A stretch of 64,000 bases of DNA from Acidaminococcales bacterium (GCA_031551525.1 JAVBNN010000003.1:8029-72028), one strand, 5' to 3'. Counted from the first letter of the stretch, positions 1 through 9,478 are shown. Notes: a model not told the origin generated them from the letters alone. A program made the numbers and translations.

Positions 1-764
1 TTCAGGTGGGATACCTGGACTTTTGCACCGCTCTTGCGGCCAGTTTCTATGGTTTCGTCGACTGCCTGCAAGACGGTATTGCTTTCGCCGCGCACATGAG
101 AGGTGTACAGCGCATCATATTTGGCTATGACCTTACATAGCGCCGTAAATTCATCGAGGTCGGCAAAACTCCCCGGCGGATAGATAAGACCGCTGGACAT
201 GCCCCAAGCGCCTTGCTTGAGCTGTTCTTCCAGGAGTGCGCACATGGCATCCAGTTCTTCCGGCGTAGCTTTACGGTCATCATACCCTACAACGGCAATA
301 CGCACCGGTCCATGCCCGACTAGTGGCGCCATGTTCACTCCAAGCCGACGGGTGGAAAAATATTCGCAAAAATCGTCATAATCTTTATGACACACGACCT
401 CTCCGTCAGGAGGCGACATGAAATCATGCAAAGACATAAAACGCAACAGTTCTTCCCTGTCACCCGCCTTTTTGCCGGTCGGAAAATTGCTGAGGCCGCA
501 GCTGCCAGTTATTTCCGTTGTCACGCCTTGCATGACCCGGCTGCCTGACGAAGGATATTTATAAATAGTAGCGTCGCTGTGTGTGTGAATATCGATAAAG
601 CCTGGCGCAACTACCAGCCCTGTTGCATCAATGATCTCACCCTCACCCTTAAGGTCTGGCCCGATCTTTGTAATGTACCCGTCTTCTACCGCTACGTCAA
701 GAAAAACGGACGGTTTACCTGTGCCATCTACAAGTTTGCCGCCCTTGATAATCACTTTACTCAC
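1..764 (-). CDS. N-acyl-D-amino-acid deacylase (D-aminoacylase) family amidohydrolase; C-terminal part cut by window edge
   Basis: Absent from the ORF track because it has no stop in the window. Reverse translation from GTG (764-762) gives VSKVIIKGGKLVDGTGKP...GLVVAPGFIDIHTHSD...QGVTTEITGSCG...YTSHVRGE. GFIDxHxH is the amidohydrolase metal motif. AGGAGGTGA RBS lies at 771-779 (rc). Confidence 0.7.
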   Translation of the reverse strand, partial: MSKVIIKGGKLVDGTGKPSVFLDVAVEDGYITKIGPDLKGEGEIIDATGLVVAPGFIDIHTHSDATIYKYPSSGSRVMQGVTTEITGSCGLSNFPTGKKAGDREELLRFMSLHDFMSPPDGEVVCHKDYDDFCEYFSTRRLGVNMAPLVGHGPVRIAVVGYDDRKATPEELDAMCALLEEQLKQGAWGMSSGLIYPPGSFADLDEFTALCKVIAKYDALYTSHVRGESNTVLQAVDETIETGRKSGAKVQVSHL

Positions 765-916
765 AAGGGGTCACCTCCTATAGCTTATGTTAACTTTAAT
801 GAAATTATAGCATGCTTTTATTGGAAATTTATGTATTTTTTTGTCGTTATTCCATTTTTTTGATAATATTTATCTGTTTTATGAATAAATAGTGCCGTTA
901 GACTATTTTGGCGCAT

Positions 917-2140
917 CTAATTTTCCTTGGCCATAAATGGCGATAGAACACGTGGCAACAGGCCTTTCATGTAAGCCAGCGCTACATCCGTATTCACTAC
1001 TGGTACTTTGGCCGCGTTGGCTTCCATAAGGCGCGACAGCATTTCATTGCGGCTTATCATGCAAGCTCCGCAGTGCAACACGAGTTTATAGGAAGAAAGG
1101 TCTTCGGGAAACCCCCGCCGCCCCTGCCAATTAGTAAAGGTCAGTTGCCCCCCCGCATGCTCACTCAGCCAGGAGGATAACTGGGCAGCCCCCACATCGT
1201 CCTCGATAAATCTGTCCCGGCAGGCATTGCAAACAAGTACTTTATCGCCGCCCCGCAACTCGTCAATTACGCCCGTACCTTCTACCATGGCTTTCAGATC
1301 GCCTTTATACCTGGCGAACAATACCGAAAAAGTAGTAAGTGGTACATCTTCCGGCAAAACACCGTTTACTGCCATGAAAGCCTGAGAATCAGCCACTACC
1401 ATACACGGTGGTTGTTTTAAGCCAGCCAGCGCTCCGGCAAGCTGTTCTTCTTTTATCAGTATGCCCTGACAACCGCTGTCTATTATATCGCGCAAAACTT
1501 CTATATGCGCTGGAGCCAGCTGCCCCTTTGCCACTTGTCTGTCCGCCGCCACTGCTAATATTACCGCATCGCCCGCCTTTAAAAGGTCGCCAATGACCGG
1601 CGCGCTGTTCCATGTGCCTGGCGCATTGCGTACCAATACCATTTTCAGATCCCCCAGCCCCTCACCCGTTTTGGCGCTGACCGGCACGACTGGAATTTCG
1701 CCCAGGCGGTGGGAATATAAATCCAAAAGATCTTTGGAATAAAAATTGGCGTCGCTTTTACCGGCTACTACTATGACCGGCAGGTGGCGGGACCGTCCTT
1801 CGTCGATTACCCGTTGTTCGTAAGAGCCGATCTCCACGCAGTCGCCAACCACTAAAAGTATCATCTGGGCTTTTTTTATGACTTCCAGTGACCTTTTCAC
1901 CAGCAGAACTCCCATTTCACCATCATAGTCAAGGCCCACCGTATCTATTAGCGCTACCGGCCCGAGCGGCGGTATGTCTATATCTATTTCTACCGGCTCG
2001 GCAGCCGCCCTGGTACCGCCGGAGTCCGCCACCACATGCCCGGCCAGAACATTGATCAGGCTTGATTTTCCGGCGTTGCGCCGACCGAAAATAGCTATCT
2101 GCAACCTGTTGTTGCGCGGAGTATCATTCATACTGTTCAC
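917..2140 (-). CDS. hydF: [FeFe]-hydrogenase maturation GTPase HydF-like (divergent motifs)
   Basis: 407 aa. N-terminal P-loop IAIFGRRNAGKSSLINVLAG and G3 motif DTVG. C-terminal Cys cluster VCNAC...(about 50 aa)...HCGAC resembles the HydF FeS site. The G4 motif reads GKSD rather than NKxD, and the CxH motif reads C-R-D. Confidence 0.65.
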   Translation of the reverse strand: MNSMNDTPRNNRLQIAIFGRRNAGKSSLINVLAGHVVADSGGTRAAAEPVEIDIDIPPLGPVALIDTVGLDYDGEMGVLLVKRSLEVIKKAQMILLVVGDCVEIGSYEQRVIDEGRSRHLPVIVVAGKSDANFYSKDLLDLYSHRLGEIPVVPVSAKTGEGLGDLKMVLVRNAPGTWNSAPVIGDLLKAGDAVILAVAADRQVAKGQLAPAHIEVLRDIIDSGCQGILIKEEQLAGALAGLKQPPCMVVADSQAFMAVNGVLPEDVPLTTFSVLFARYKGDLKAMVEGTGVIDELRGGDKVLVCNACRDRFIEDDVGAAQLSSWLSEHAGGQLTFTNWQGRRGFPEDLSSYKLVLHCGACMISRNEMLSRLMEANAAKVPVVNTDVALAYMKGLLPRVLSPFMAKEN

Positions 2141-2184
2141 TCCTTAATAGTCATAGTAGGAAAAGATAGGCACTTCTATAATAT

Positions 2185-2213
2185 AATTATCATCCTTTAT
2201 CGCCTCATATACA
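2185..2213 (-). promoter_or_regulatory. possible sigma-70 promoter for hydF (TTGTAT-17-GATAAT)
   Basis: On the minus strand, TTGTAT (2213-2208), a 17-nt spacer, then GATAAT (2190-2185). It sits downstream of the 2235-2274 terminator and about 45 nt upstream of the hydF start. Confidence 0.35.
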
Positions 2214-2234
2214 AGAGGTTTGCACATATTTATA

Positions 2235-2274
2235 CAAAATAAACAAGTGGCCCGCATGTTTCCATGCGAGCCAC
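2235..2274 (-). terminator. intrinsic terminator
   Basis: 13-nt arms AGTGGCCCGCATG / CATGCGAGCCACT (2245-2257 and 2262-2274; 12 bp, 1 mismatch) with a 4-nt loop. On the minus strand it is followed by TTGTTTATTTT. Confidence 0.7.
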
Positions 2275-2457
2275 TCTTTAAGCACGCTTCTGTCCAACAG
2301 AGTCAGAAACAATCTCCGCATTGCCATCCCCTGCAATGCACCACTTCTTGTTTCCACAATCCGCTCTGATCCTAACCGCTCTGTTTTCCATTCCGCCCGT
2401 GCTTTAGCGGGTAACCCTCATGCATCTTCCGCAGTTAACATGAAGATTTTCTTTCTG
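2237..2457 (-). ncRNA. candidate structured RNA of about 220 nt (independent sRNA or cis-regulatory leader of hydF); class not recognised
   Basis: 380-nt non-coding gap. It is bounded by a TTGACA-17-TAACAT promoter (2462-2490) and the 2235-2274 terminator. The predicted 5' end (rc of 2441-2457, UCAGAAAGAAAAUCUUC) can pair with rc of 2302-2316 (GGAGAUUGUUUCUGA), enclosing about 125 nt. Internal hairpins include GCAUUGC-N8-GCAAUGC. CAGAGCGG occurs twice in tandem. Confidence 0.3.
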
Positions 2458-2461
2458 ATTT

Positions 2462-2490
2462 CATGTTATTACATTTATCTGTTTTTGTCA
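2462..2490 (-). promoter_or_regulatory. sigma-70-like promoter (TTGACA-17-TAACAT) directly after the M16 peptidase stop
   Basis: On the minus strand, TTGACA (2490-2485), a 17-nt spacer, then TAACAT (2467-2462). Confidence 0.4.
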
Positions 2491-2527
2491 AGATTTTTTA
2501 AGTTTAATTGTGAATTTTTCTGATTTA

Positions 2528-5446
2528 TTATTTGGATTCAGGTAAAGCCGTAATAAGTGTATCAAAGTTGGCGGCATCGGTTTTTATTTTTCCTTCCCCG
2601 CCCATGGCACAGCGATAGCCGCTCGACAGGAGATCTTTTACCGGCCCGGCCAGTTTTTGGATCTCGCCCACTGTAGCGTTCAGCACTTCTTCACGTTCTT
2701 TTTGCAGCATATCATAGGTGATACCGCGCAGGAAGAGTCCCACGGCTTTATCCAGTTGCAGAGAGGGCGTCAGCGGCCTGTCCAGTTGGCTTACTGTGCC
2801 GATAACATATTTGGCCATTTCCCGCTCGTCGGCGGAAAAGTCGCTGAGGTAGGCCGGGATACCGTCGAATACCGCTAGTGTGTCGGCCAGATTGGGATCG
2901 CGATAAGAGGTGAACACAGTGGCCCCGTTAACGTCAAAACGGGCATTGGCGCCATAGGCGCCACCTTTTACCCTGATCTTGTTCCATAGATAATCATAAC
3001 GCATGATATTTTCAGTCACACGCATAGCGCCAGTGTATTCGTGCCCAAACTTCCTGAAATTCCCTCCAGCGGCTACATGCTGCACCTGGGCGGATGTAAT
3101 GAGCGCTTCGTTGCGCTCTGTCCGGGCAAATTCGCAGACCAGCTCCGACCGGCCGGTAACCGGCAGCCCGGCAAAAGCCTTTGTGACTTCCCCGCGCACT
3201 ACCGCTTCGTCTTCCTGTTCGCAGCAATAGGCGACCATCAAGCCGTCTTTTGCAAATAAAAGGCTGGCGGTTTCCTGCAATTTACCGGCCAGTACGGTAA
3301 GGGGCTCTTGCAAAAGCGCATGTAGGAAACGGTAGTAGCTTAAGAGACCCTGCTCGGCATAGCGCCCGCCCCGTGAAAAATAAGAAAAAAGACGGTAGAT
3401 TATAACGTCCTGCCCGCGGGAAAATAGTTCTGAGTCCCAGCTGGCCTTACTTTCTTCCAGCAGCTCTTTCAGGCGTTTTTGATCTGAGAACAGGCTGGCG
3501 GTAGTTATCTCATTCATCAAGGCGCATAGTTGTTTTATGTTGCGCAAGAGCGCCTTGCCGCTTACTGTGAAGCGGGCGGCGTATTTATCTGCGTCATCCT
3601 TGTGCCAGGCAGTACTGAGGTTACAGCCTATGCCACCCGTATAAAAGTTTATCTGCTGGGACAGTTTGGCGTAGCTGTAGTTTTTCGTATCTATCCGTCC
3701 CAGCAGTTCTTTCAGCACATGGGCATAGGGAACCAGTTCTTCCGGCAGGACATTGGCATCAAAACAGAGTTTGATATAGGCTATCTTGTTGGTGAATTTA
3801 TCCAGATACAACCAATCTATATCGTCTGCACGGCTGGTTTTGTAATCGATCTTTTCCGCGGTTTTACCGATATCACCTCTAGCCAGAAGGGGGATTTTGG
3901 CCAGCATTTCCGGGCTATCTACCGCGCCCTGCAATTCGAGGAGTTTTTGGGTGTTTCCCAGGCAAACCGTTATTTCTTCTTTGCTCCAACCTTGTTTTAT
4001 GGCAGCCAGCTTTTCCCGCAGTAGCGCTTCTTTTTCTTCCTGCAAGCCTTCCTTGGGCAAAAGGGCTATGATCGCGCGGTGGGTATTATCAAGCAGATAA
4101 TTTTCGATCAGGCTTTCGTAATAACGGCCGTTCATTTTTTCGCGCAAGTTCTTTAATACGCTGTCGTAGCGAAGATACTGTAGCGGGTCACCATCATACA
4201 GCCAACTGTCCATGCAGGATATGGCGTAGACCAGCCCTTTGGGGTATGCGCCAAAATCCGCTTCCCGCAGTAAAAATTCCATCAGGTTGAGCGATGCCGC
4301 GAGCATTTCTTTGTCTATGCCCGCTATAGTGATGTCCTGCAGGGTCTTATAGATGACGCTGACGAACTGGTCTTTATTCTCCGGCTGGGCGCCGGAGGCC
4401 CGCACGGTGAATATCGGCTGCAAGAGGCTATGGGTAAAGGAGCCGGATATTTCTTTGGCTACCCCTGCGTCGATGAGCGCCTTTTTAAGCGGCGCGGCCG
4501 GAGTCTCCAAAAGGTAGTGCTGCAAAAGCTGGAAGGCAAAGTATTGTTCCGGCAAAAGGTTCTGTCCAACTACGGCGTTCCAGCTGAAAAAAGTTTTGTC
4601 AACAGGGTTTTCGCCGCTGGACAGAGGATAGTAGGCGGTCTTGTCCGCCGTACGTGCCGGCATAGTTTCCGCCGGCATGGCCGAATCTACCTGTATCCGG
4701 TCAAAAGCCGACAGGTATTCCCGGTCGATAAAAGCCAAATCGTCCTCTATGTCCATGTCGCCATACAGGAATATGTAGCTGTTGGCGGGATGGTAATACT
4801 GGCTGTGAAAAGCCTCGAACGCTTCCTGCGTCAGCGTGGGAATAGCGTCAGGATAGCCGCCTGACTCGAAGCCGTACGGAGTTCCGGGAAATAGCGACTG
4901 CATGGCGGACTGCTCTAACACAGCGTCCGGCGAGGAGTATACGCCCTTCATTTCATTATATACGACGCCTTTATATTCAAGCGGCGCGTCTTCACTCAAC
5001 AGTTCGTAGTGCCAACCCTCCTGGGCCAGAGTGTACTTGTTTTCGTATATATTGGGATAGAGGACGGCGTCGAGATAAACGTCCATAAGGTTACGAAAGT
5101 CTTTGGCATTCCTGCTGGCCACCGGATACATGGTCTTGTCGGGAAAGGTCATGGCGTTTACAAAAGTATTGAGCGAGCCTTTTACCAGTTCGACAAATGG
5201 CTCTTTGAGAGGATATTTTCTCGATCCACACAAGACAGAGTGTTCGAGGATATGCGGCAGTCCTGCGTCATCATGCGGCGGTGTGCGGAAACTGATGGAA
5301 AATACTTTATTGTCGTCTTCGCTCTTCATGTACAAGAGCCGGGCGCCGCTTTTCACATGTTCCAGCATATAAACTTCGGAATGAGCTTCCGGCAGTTCCT
5401 GTATATCTTTTACCCGAAAACCTGAATACATTTGATTTTTTTTCAT
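2528..5446 (-). CDS. M16 family zinc metallopeptidase (M16C, PreP/insulinase-like)
   Basis: 972 aa. Inverted zinc motif HxxEH (HILEHSVLCGS) near the N-terminus. The length and four-domain layout are typical of PreP-like peptidases. Confidence 0.85.
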   Translation of the reverse strand: MKKNQMYSGFRVKDIQELPEAHSEVYMLEHVKSGARLLYMKSEDDNKVFSISFRTPPHDDAGLPHILEHSVLCGSRKYPLKEPFVELVKGSLNTFVNAMTFPDKTMYPVASRNAKDFRNLMDVYLDAVLYPNIYENKYTLAQEGWHYELLSEDAPLEYKGVVYNEMKGVYSSPDAVLEQSAMQSLFPGTPYGFESGGYPDAIPTLTQEAFEAFHSQYYHPANSYIFLYGDMDIEDDLAFIDREYLSAFDRIQVDSAMPAETMPARTADKTAYYPLSSGENPVDKTFFSWNAVVGQNLLPEQYFAFQLLQHYLLETPAAPLKKALIDAGVAKEISGSFTHSLLQPIFTVRASGAQPENKDQFVSVIYKTLQDITIAGIDKEMLAASLNLMEFLLREADFGAYPKGLVYAISCMDSWLYDGDPLQYLRYDSVLKNLREKMNGRYYESLIENYLLDNTHRAIIALLPKEGLQEEKEALLREKLAAIKQGWSKEEITVCLGNTQKLLELQGAVDSPEMLAKIPLLARGDIGKTAEKIDYKTSRADDIDWLYLDKFTNKIAYIKLCFDANVLPEELVPYAHVLKELLGRIDTKNYSYAKLSQQINFYTGGIGCNLSTAWHKDDADKYAARFTVSGKALLRNIKQLCALMNEITTASLFSDQKRLKELLEESKASWDSELFSRGQDVIIYRLFSYFSRGGRYAEQGLLSYYRFLHALLQEPLTVLAGKLQETASLLFAKDGLMVAYCCEQEDEAVVRGEVTKAFAGLPVTGRSELVCEFARTERNEALITSAQVQHVAAGGNFRKFGHEYTGAMRVTENIMRYDYLWNKIRVKGGAYGANARFDVNGATVFTSYRDPNLADTLAVFDGIPAYLSDFSADEREMAKYVIGTVSQLDRPLTPSLQLDKAVGLFLRGITYDMLQKEREEVLNATVGEIQKLAGPVKDLLSSGYRCAMGGEGKIKTDAANFDTLITALPESK

Positions 5447-5455
5447 TGTTCCCTC

Positions 5456-6982
5456 CTATGCTTTTACACTGGTGCGCAGTTGTATGGCTTCGGCCAGATG
5501 CGGGCTTCTTATCACATCTTCGCCCGCCAGATCGGCGATGGTCTGCGCCACTTTTATTATGCGGTCATGGCTGCGCGCGCTTAGCCCGAGCGTAGAAAAG
5601 GCTTTCTCCAAGAGGTGCTCTGCTGCTGTGTCCAGTTTGCAATGTTTCTTTATTTCTTTGTGCCCCATCTCTGCATTGCAGCTGAGCCCCCGACTGTTCA
5701 GCCTGGCTAGTTGGCGCTCCCGCGCCGTCTGCACGCGCTGGCGGATGGTTTCAGATCTTTCTCCGTTCTTTTTCTCGTGCATCTCTTTGTATTCCATACG
5801 CGGCACGTAGACCTGCAAATCTATCCGATCAAGCAATGGCCCTGATATCTTCTTGCGGTAGCGTTCCACTTCCCCGGCACGGCAGGTACATTCATGTACA
5901 TTGTCGCCCTGATAGCCGCACGGGCAGGGATTCATCGCCGCTACCAAAATAAATCTGGCCGGGTAGCATAAAGATGCCTGCACCCTTGAAAGCGACACCT
6001 CCCCGTCCTCCAGCGGCTGGCGCAATACTTCGAGCGCCGCCCGGGAAAACTCCGGGAATTCGTCCAGAAAAAGCACTCCGTTGTGACTGAGTGTGACTTC
6101 ACCGGGCTTGGGGATGCGCCCGCCGCCGATCAGGCCGCCATAAGATATGGTGTGGTGAGGACTGCGAAAAGGCCTTTCCCGTACCGGTCCGGCCTCCCGG
6201 TTTAACAGTCCCGCGATACTGTATATCTTCGTCACTTCAAGCATTTCCTGTTCGGTCATACCGGGCAATATGGTGGCCATTCTTCTAGCCAGCATGGTTT
6301 TGCCGGAACCTGGGCTCCCTAGCATCAAAACATTGTGCCCGCCTGCGGCGGCTATTTCGAGTGCCCGTTTGGCCACGGGCTGGCCTTCTACGTCAGAAAA
6401 ATCTTCTGCCAACGCATTGCCGCCGGAGTGTCGTCCGCTATACTTTTCTGGCCGGGCCGGGGTGAGCGCGGCTTCGCCCTTGAGGTGCGCCACCAGTTGT
6501 TGCAGATTTGCCACACTATATACTTCTTCCACTCCGCCCAACAGCCCTTCGTTGACGTTACCAGGCGGCAGAAATATCTTTTTTCTGTTTTGTACGGCGG
6601 CATTGATCGCCATGGGCAATACTCCTGTCACCTGGCGTACTGTCCCTTCGAGCGACAGCTCACCGATAAAGACCGCGTCGCTACAGTCAAGAGCCTGTAT
6701 CTGTCCGCTGGCTGCCAGTATGCCTACGGCTATGGGCAGATCCATACCTGATCCGTCTTTTTTGATATCGGCCGGAGCCAGATTGACCGTAATGCGCGTA
6801 GACGGAAAAGAAAAGCCGCTGTTTTTTATGGCCGCCCGTACCCGCTCCCGCGCCTCGCGCACCGCTGTATCGGGCAATCCCACAATGTCAAACATCGGCA
6901 GTCCGTTAGCTATATCCGCTTCCACAGTTACCAATACTCCGTCCAGACCGTATGTGGCTTCGCCAAAAGTGCACGCGTACAA
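5456..6982 (-). CDS. comM: YifB/ComM family Mg-chelatase-like AAA+ ATPase
   Basis: 508 aa. N-terminal Lon-protease-like domain (GLPMFDIVGLPDTAVREARERV), Walker A GSPGSGKT, FLDEFPEF, and a C-terminal Mg-chelatase subunit ChlI-like tail. Confidence 0.9.
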   Translation of the reverse strand: MYACTFGEATYGLDGVLVTVEADIANGLPMFDIVGLPDTAVREARERVRAAIKNSGFSFPSTRITVNLAPADIKKDGSGMDLPIAVGILAASGQIQALDCSDAVFIGELSLEGTVRQVTGVLPMAINAAVQNRKKIFLPPGNVNEGLLGGVEEVYSVANLQQLVAHLKGEAALTPARPEKYSGRHSGGNALAEDFSDVEGQPVAKRALEIAAAGGHNVLMLGSPGSGKTMLARRMATILPGMTEQEMLEVTKIYSIAGLLNREAGPVRERPFRSPHHTISYGGLIGGGRIPKPGEVTLSHNGVLFLDEFPEFSRAALEVLRQPLEDGEVSLSRVQASLCYPARFILVAAMNPCPCGYQGDNVHECTCRAGEVERYRKKISGPLLDRIDLQVYVPRMEYKEMHEKKNGERSETIRQRVQTARERQLARLNSRGLSCNAEMGHKEIKKHCKLDTAAEHLLEKAFSTLGLSARSHDRIIKVAQTIADLAGEDVIRSPHLAEAIQLRTSVKA

Positions 6983-6997
6983 TATAGCTTCTCCTTT

Positions 6998-7366
6998 TCA
7001 ATTGCAGTCAAAAGCCTCTGCGATATGATTTATTTCTTTAAGTTTGCCGTCTTTTGTCATATATACTTCTATAACATCAAAGCGAAAGTTCTTGTAGGCG
7101 GTTTTTTCCTGCTGCAAAAAAACCAGCGCCGCAGAGATGATATGGCGGCGTTTGGTCCAGGTGACAGCCTCGGCGGCTCGGCCAAATTTTTCACTGGTTC
7201 TGGTCTTGACCTCGACGAAAACCAGACTGTCTTTTTTTCCGGCGATGATATCAAGCTCGCCCCGCGAAGTAAAATAATTGCGAAAAAGCACTTTATATCC
7301 GGCTTTTTGCATAAAATCTGCCGCCAGTTCTTCGCCCTGTTTGCCGGTAGTTTTCTTGTCCGCCAA
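6998..7366 (-). CDS. yraN: YraN family endonuclease-like protein (UPF0102)
   Basis: 122 aa. GEELAADFMQKAGYKVLFRNY...GELDIIA...LVFVEVKTR is the typical YraN signature. It lies next to comM, as in many Firmicutes. Confidence 0.85.
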   Translation of the reverse strand: MADKKTTGKQGEELAADFMQKAGYKVLFRNYFTSRGELDIIAGKKDSLVFVEVKTRTSEKFGRAAEAVTWTKRRHIISAALVFLQQEKTAYKNFRFDVIEVYMTKDGKLKEINHIAEAFDCN

Positions 7367-7471
7367 AATATCCGACCTTTACATGGTTTTTTAGAAAAAA
7401 TCCTCTATTAATTTTACCATATCCGCTTTAATTTATATATCTTGTTTTTCTATGTACCGCTTTATTTCTTC

Positions 7472-9373
7472 TTAGAAAAATTTGTACCGGTAGCCAATCA
7501 TAAAGTTAAAGCCCAGTTGATAGAAAGCCGAAGTAGTAGAAGTATTGCTGGTAATGCCTCGTTTATTGAGAAGGTTGTCCAGGTCGCAGTATATTTCATG
7601 CCGGGCGCCAGGCCGGTAAGTCATGCGCGCGCCGGTCAAAAATAGCGGGGCTGGATGCTCAGTAGCGTTGGCGTCGGCTATCGTCCTGTCACCCAGGTAG
7701 TTCCCGTACAAACTGGCCGACCATTTGCCTTGTTCGTATTCGAGACTAGCATTGAACTGATATCGCCCGTATTGCTCTTGCCAGGCTCCCTGACTGTTAC
7801 TAGTGCGGTAGCGTGGATTTGAATATACTGCCCCCAGTTTTATGCCCAGACTGCCAGACAATTTCGTTCCGTAGGATAGCTCCAGGCCGGTATTCTTGCG
7901 GTCTTCGTTTGTATAATAAAGGTCGCCCGGCCGCCCCGGTATATGGTTGGCCGCTATGTAATCTTTTATATCCATATTGAAAACAGACACGCGCCAGGAA
8001 TGAATACCTTTGTCATGTTTCAGACCTAGTTCATAAAGGTTGCCGCTTTCCGGGCGAAGTCCGCTGTTCCCCTGTGTAGAGCCAACGCCATAAGTCTGCG
8101 CCAGTGTGGGCATCACAAAAGTCCGCGCTGCGCTGGCGTAAAAACTGGTGTTTTCCTCCGCTTTATACAGAATATGCAGTTGTGGTGAAAAGCCATCATA
8201 ATCACGCCCACCCGCTGTCCAGTCTTCCCGTGCACCAACAGTCAACGACCACTTCCCGGCAAAAGACGTCTCCCACTGAGCGAACAGGGCATAATTCATG
8301 CGGTCATATGCAGCCAGCGGCATATTTTTCAAGGCCCGACTGGCTGTATATTCCTGTTGCACGTCAAAACCCACAGTCAGGTTGCCTTTTTTTACACGCG
8401 GACTGTGTTGCAGGCGAAGGCCGCTCAACCTGTCTTTATTGGTGCTTTGCAGACCCGGCAAACTCTCCGTTTGGTTATATATAAAGCGGTAACTGTTGTA
8501 GAGGCTCGCCGTGAGGCCGCCATTTTCATAGTGCGCATTCAGCATATTGTGATAGGCATTGTAGTTGTTGCGCGCAGTAATAAGGCCGCTTCTTTTATTC
8601 TCGGTAGAACGCGCATAGCGGTTGCGAGCGGATATCTGGCTGACCGACAGGTGTTCGTTAAAACGGTAACGCCAGCTATACATGTCTTTGTCGCTTTTTT
8701 CGAGATTGTAATACACGCTGGCCGGGCCAATAAAACTTTCCCCATACCTGTTTACCTGGCCAATGTGGCTGTTTTGGTAGGAAAAGCCAAGTTTTCCCTC
8801 CTGCCAGCCCATGCCCGCAGTGTATTGGCCGTAATTGCCACCACTTAGAAAAACTTCTTTTTCGTGGGCTTTCTTGCTGCTGATATTGATGACGCCACCG
8901 GCCGTGTCCCCGCCATATAAAACGGAACCGGCCCCTTTGACCACTTCTACCCTGCCTATGGTGCCCAGCGGTATGTTTTCCAGGCTGACAGAGCCGCCCA
9001 GATTGAGTGGCACACCATCAAGTAAAATCAAAGTACCTCTGTCTTGTCCACGCAATACCAGCTTGCTGGCCATCACGTCTATCGACTGTCCGGCCGGCCC
9101 TTGCGAATGATAAACTATGCCTTCCGAGTATTTTAATGCTTCTACCAGTGTAGTAGCTCCGGTACCTGCCAAATCTCCGGCAGTATATGTGTTTGTTTTT
9201 GCCGGTACATCAAGTTCTTTTTTGCCGGGGCGGGTAGCGGTCACCACCACCGGCTCCAGTTCGAATTCGTTTGTCGGGTTTTCCGCCCATACTGCTCCGC
9301 TTGGCAGTAAGGCCAAAGATATGCCTAAAATTATACTGTTTCTTTTAAGTCTGCTAAAACTGTTTTTTCCCAT
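7472..9373 (-). CDS. TonB-dependent outer-membrane receptor
   Basis: Start moved to the internal ATG at 9373: MGKNSFSRLKRNSIILGISLALLPSGAVWA is a signal peptide, preceded by GGAGGG. Plug region ELEPVVVTATR...VEALKYSEGI...LVLRGQ...ILLDGVPLN...IGRVEVVKGAGSVLYG. Long beta-barrel ending in the aromatic C-terminus YRYKFF. Confidence 0.85.
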   Translation of the reverse strand: MGKNSFSRLKRNSIILGISLALLPSGAVWAENPTNEFELEPVVVTATRPGKKELDVPAKTNTYTAGDLAGTGATTLVEALKYSEGIVYHSQGPAGQSIDVMASKLVLRGQDRGTLILLDGVPLNLGGSVSLENIPLGTIGRVEVVKGAGSVLYGGDTAGGVINISSKKAHEKEVFLSGGNYGQYTAGMGWQEGKLGFSYQNSHIGQVNRYGESFIGPASVYYNLEKSDKDMYSWRYRFNEHLSVSQISARNRYARSTENKRSGLITARNNYNAYHNMLNAHYENGGLTASLYNSYRFIYNQTESLPGLQSTNKDRLSGLRLQHSPRVKKGNLTVGFDVQQEYTASRALKNMPLAAYDRMNYALFAQWETSFAGKWSLTVGAREDWTAGGRDYDGFSPQLHILYKAEENTSFYASAARTFVMPTLAQTYGVGSTQGNSGLRPESGNLYELGLKHDKGIHSWRVSVFNMDIKDYIAANHIPGRPGDLYYTNEDRKNTGLELSYGTKLSGSLGIKLGAVYSNPRYRTSNSQGAWQEQYGRYQFNASLEYEQGKWSASLYGNYLGDRTIADANATEHPAPLFLTGARMTYRPGARHEIYCDLDNLLNKRGITSNTSTTSAFYQLGFNFMIGYRYKFF

Positions 9374-9443
9374 CTTGCCGCGCGCCCTCCACAATGAACA
9401 TACAATAATTATACTATATAAAATAATATGCGGGCGGTGGTAT

Positions 9444-9475
9444 TTTATATGCCAGCCATCTTTATGGCATATAAA
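9444..9475. repeat. 11-bp inverted repeat TTTATATGCCA-N10-TGGCATATAAA upstream of the TonB-dependent receptor
   Basis: Perfect arms at 9444-9454 and 9465-9475. It lies about 70 nt upstream of the receptor start, between the receptor and the preceding terminator. Confidence 0.5.
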
Positions 9476-9478
9476 GTG

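Noticed and set aside
579-863. 94-aa + strand ORF
   Set aside because: It overlaps the 5' end of the minus-strand D-aminoacylase gene and an A+T-rich intergenic region. The product is hydrophobic junk with no RBS.
2400-2432. Seven-codon mini-ORF (MLTAEDA) inside the candidate RNA upstream of hydF
   Set aside because: It has no convincing RBS and no codon signature suggestive of a leader-peptide attenuator. It is probably coincidental.
6270-7028. 252-aa + strand ORF opposite comM
   Set aside because: It is antisense to a motif-rich AAA+ gene and has a Ser/Ala/Pro-biased product. It is not credible.
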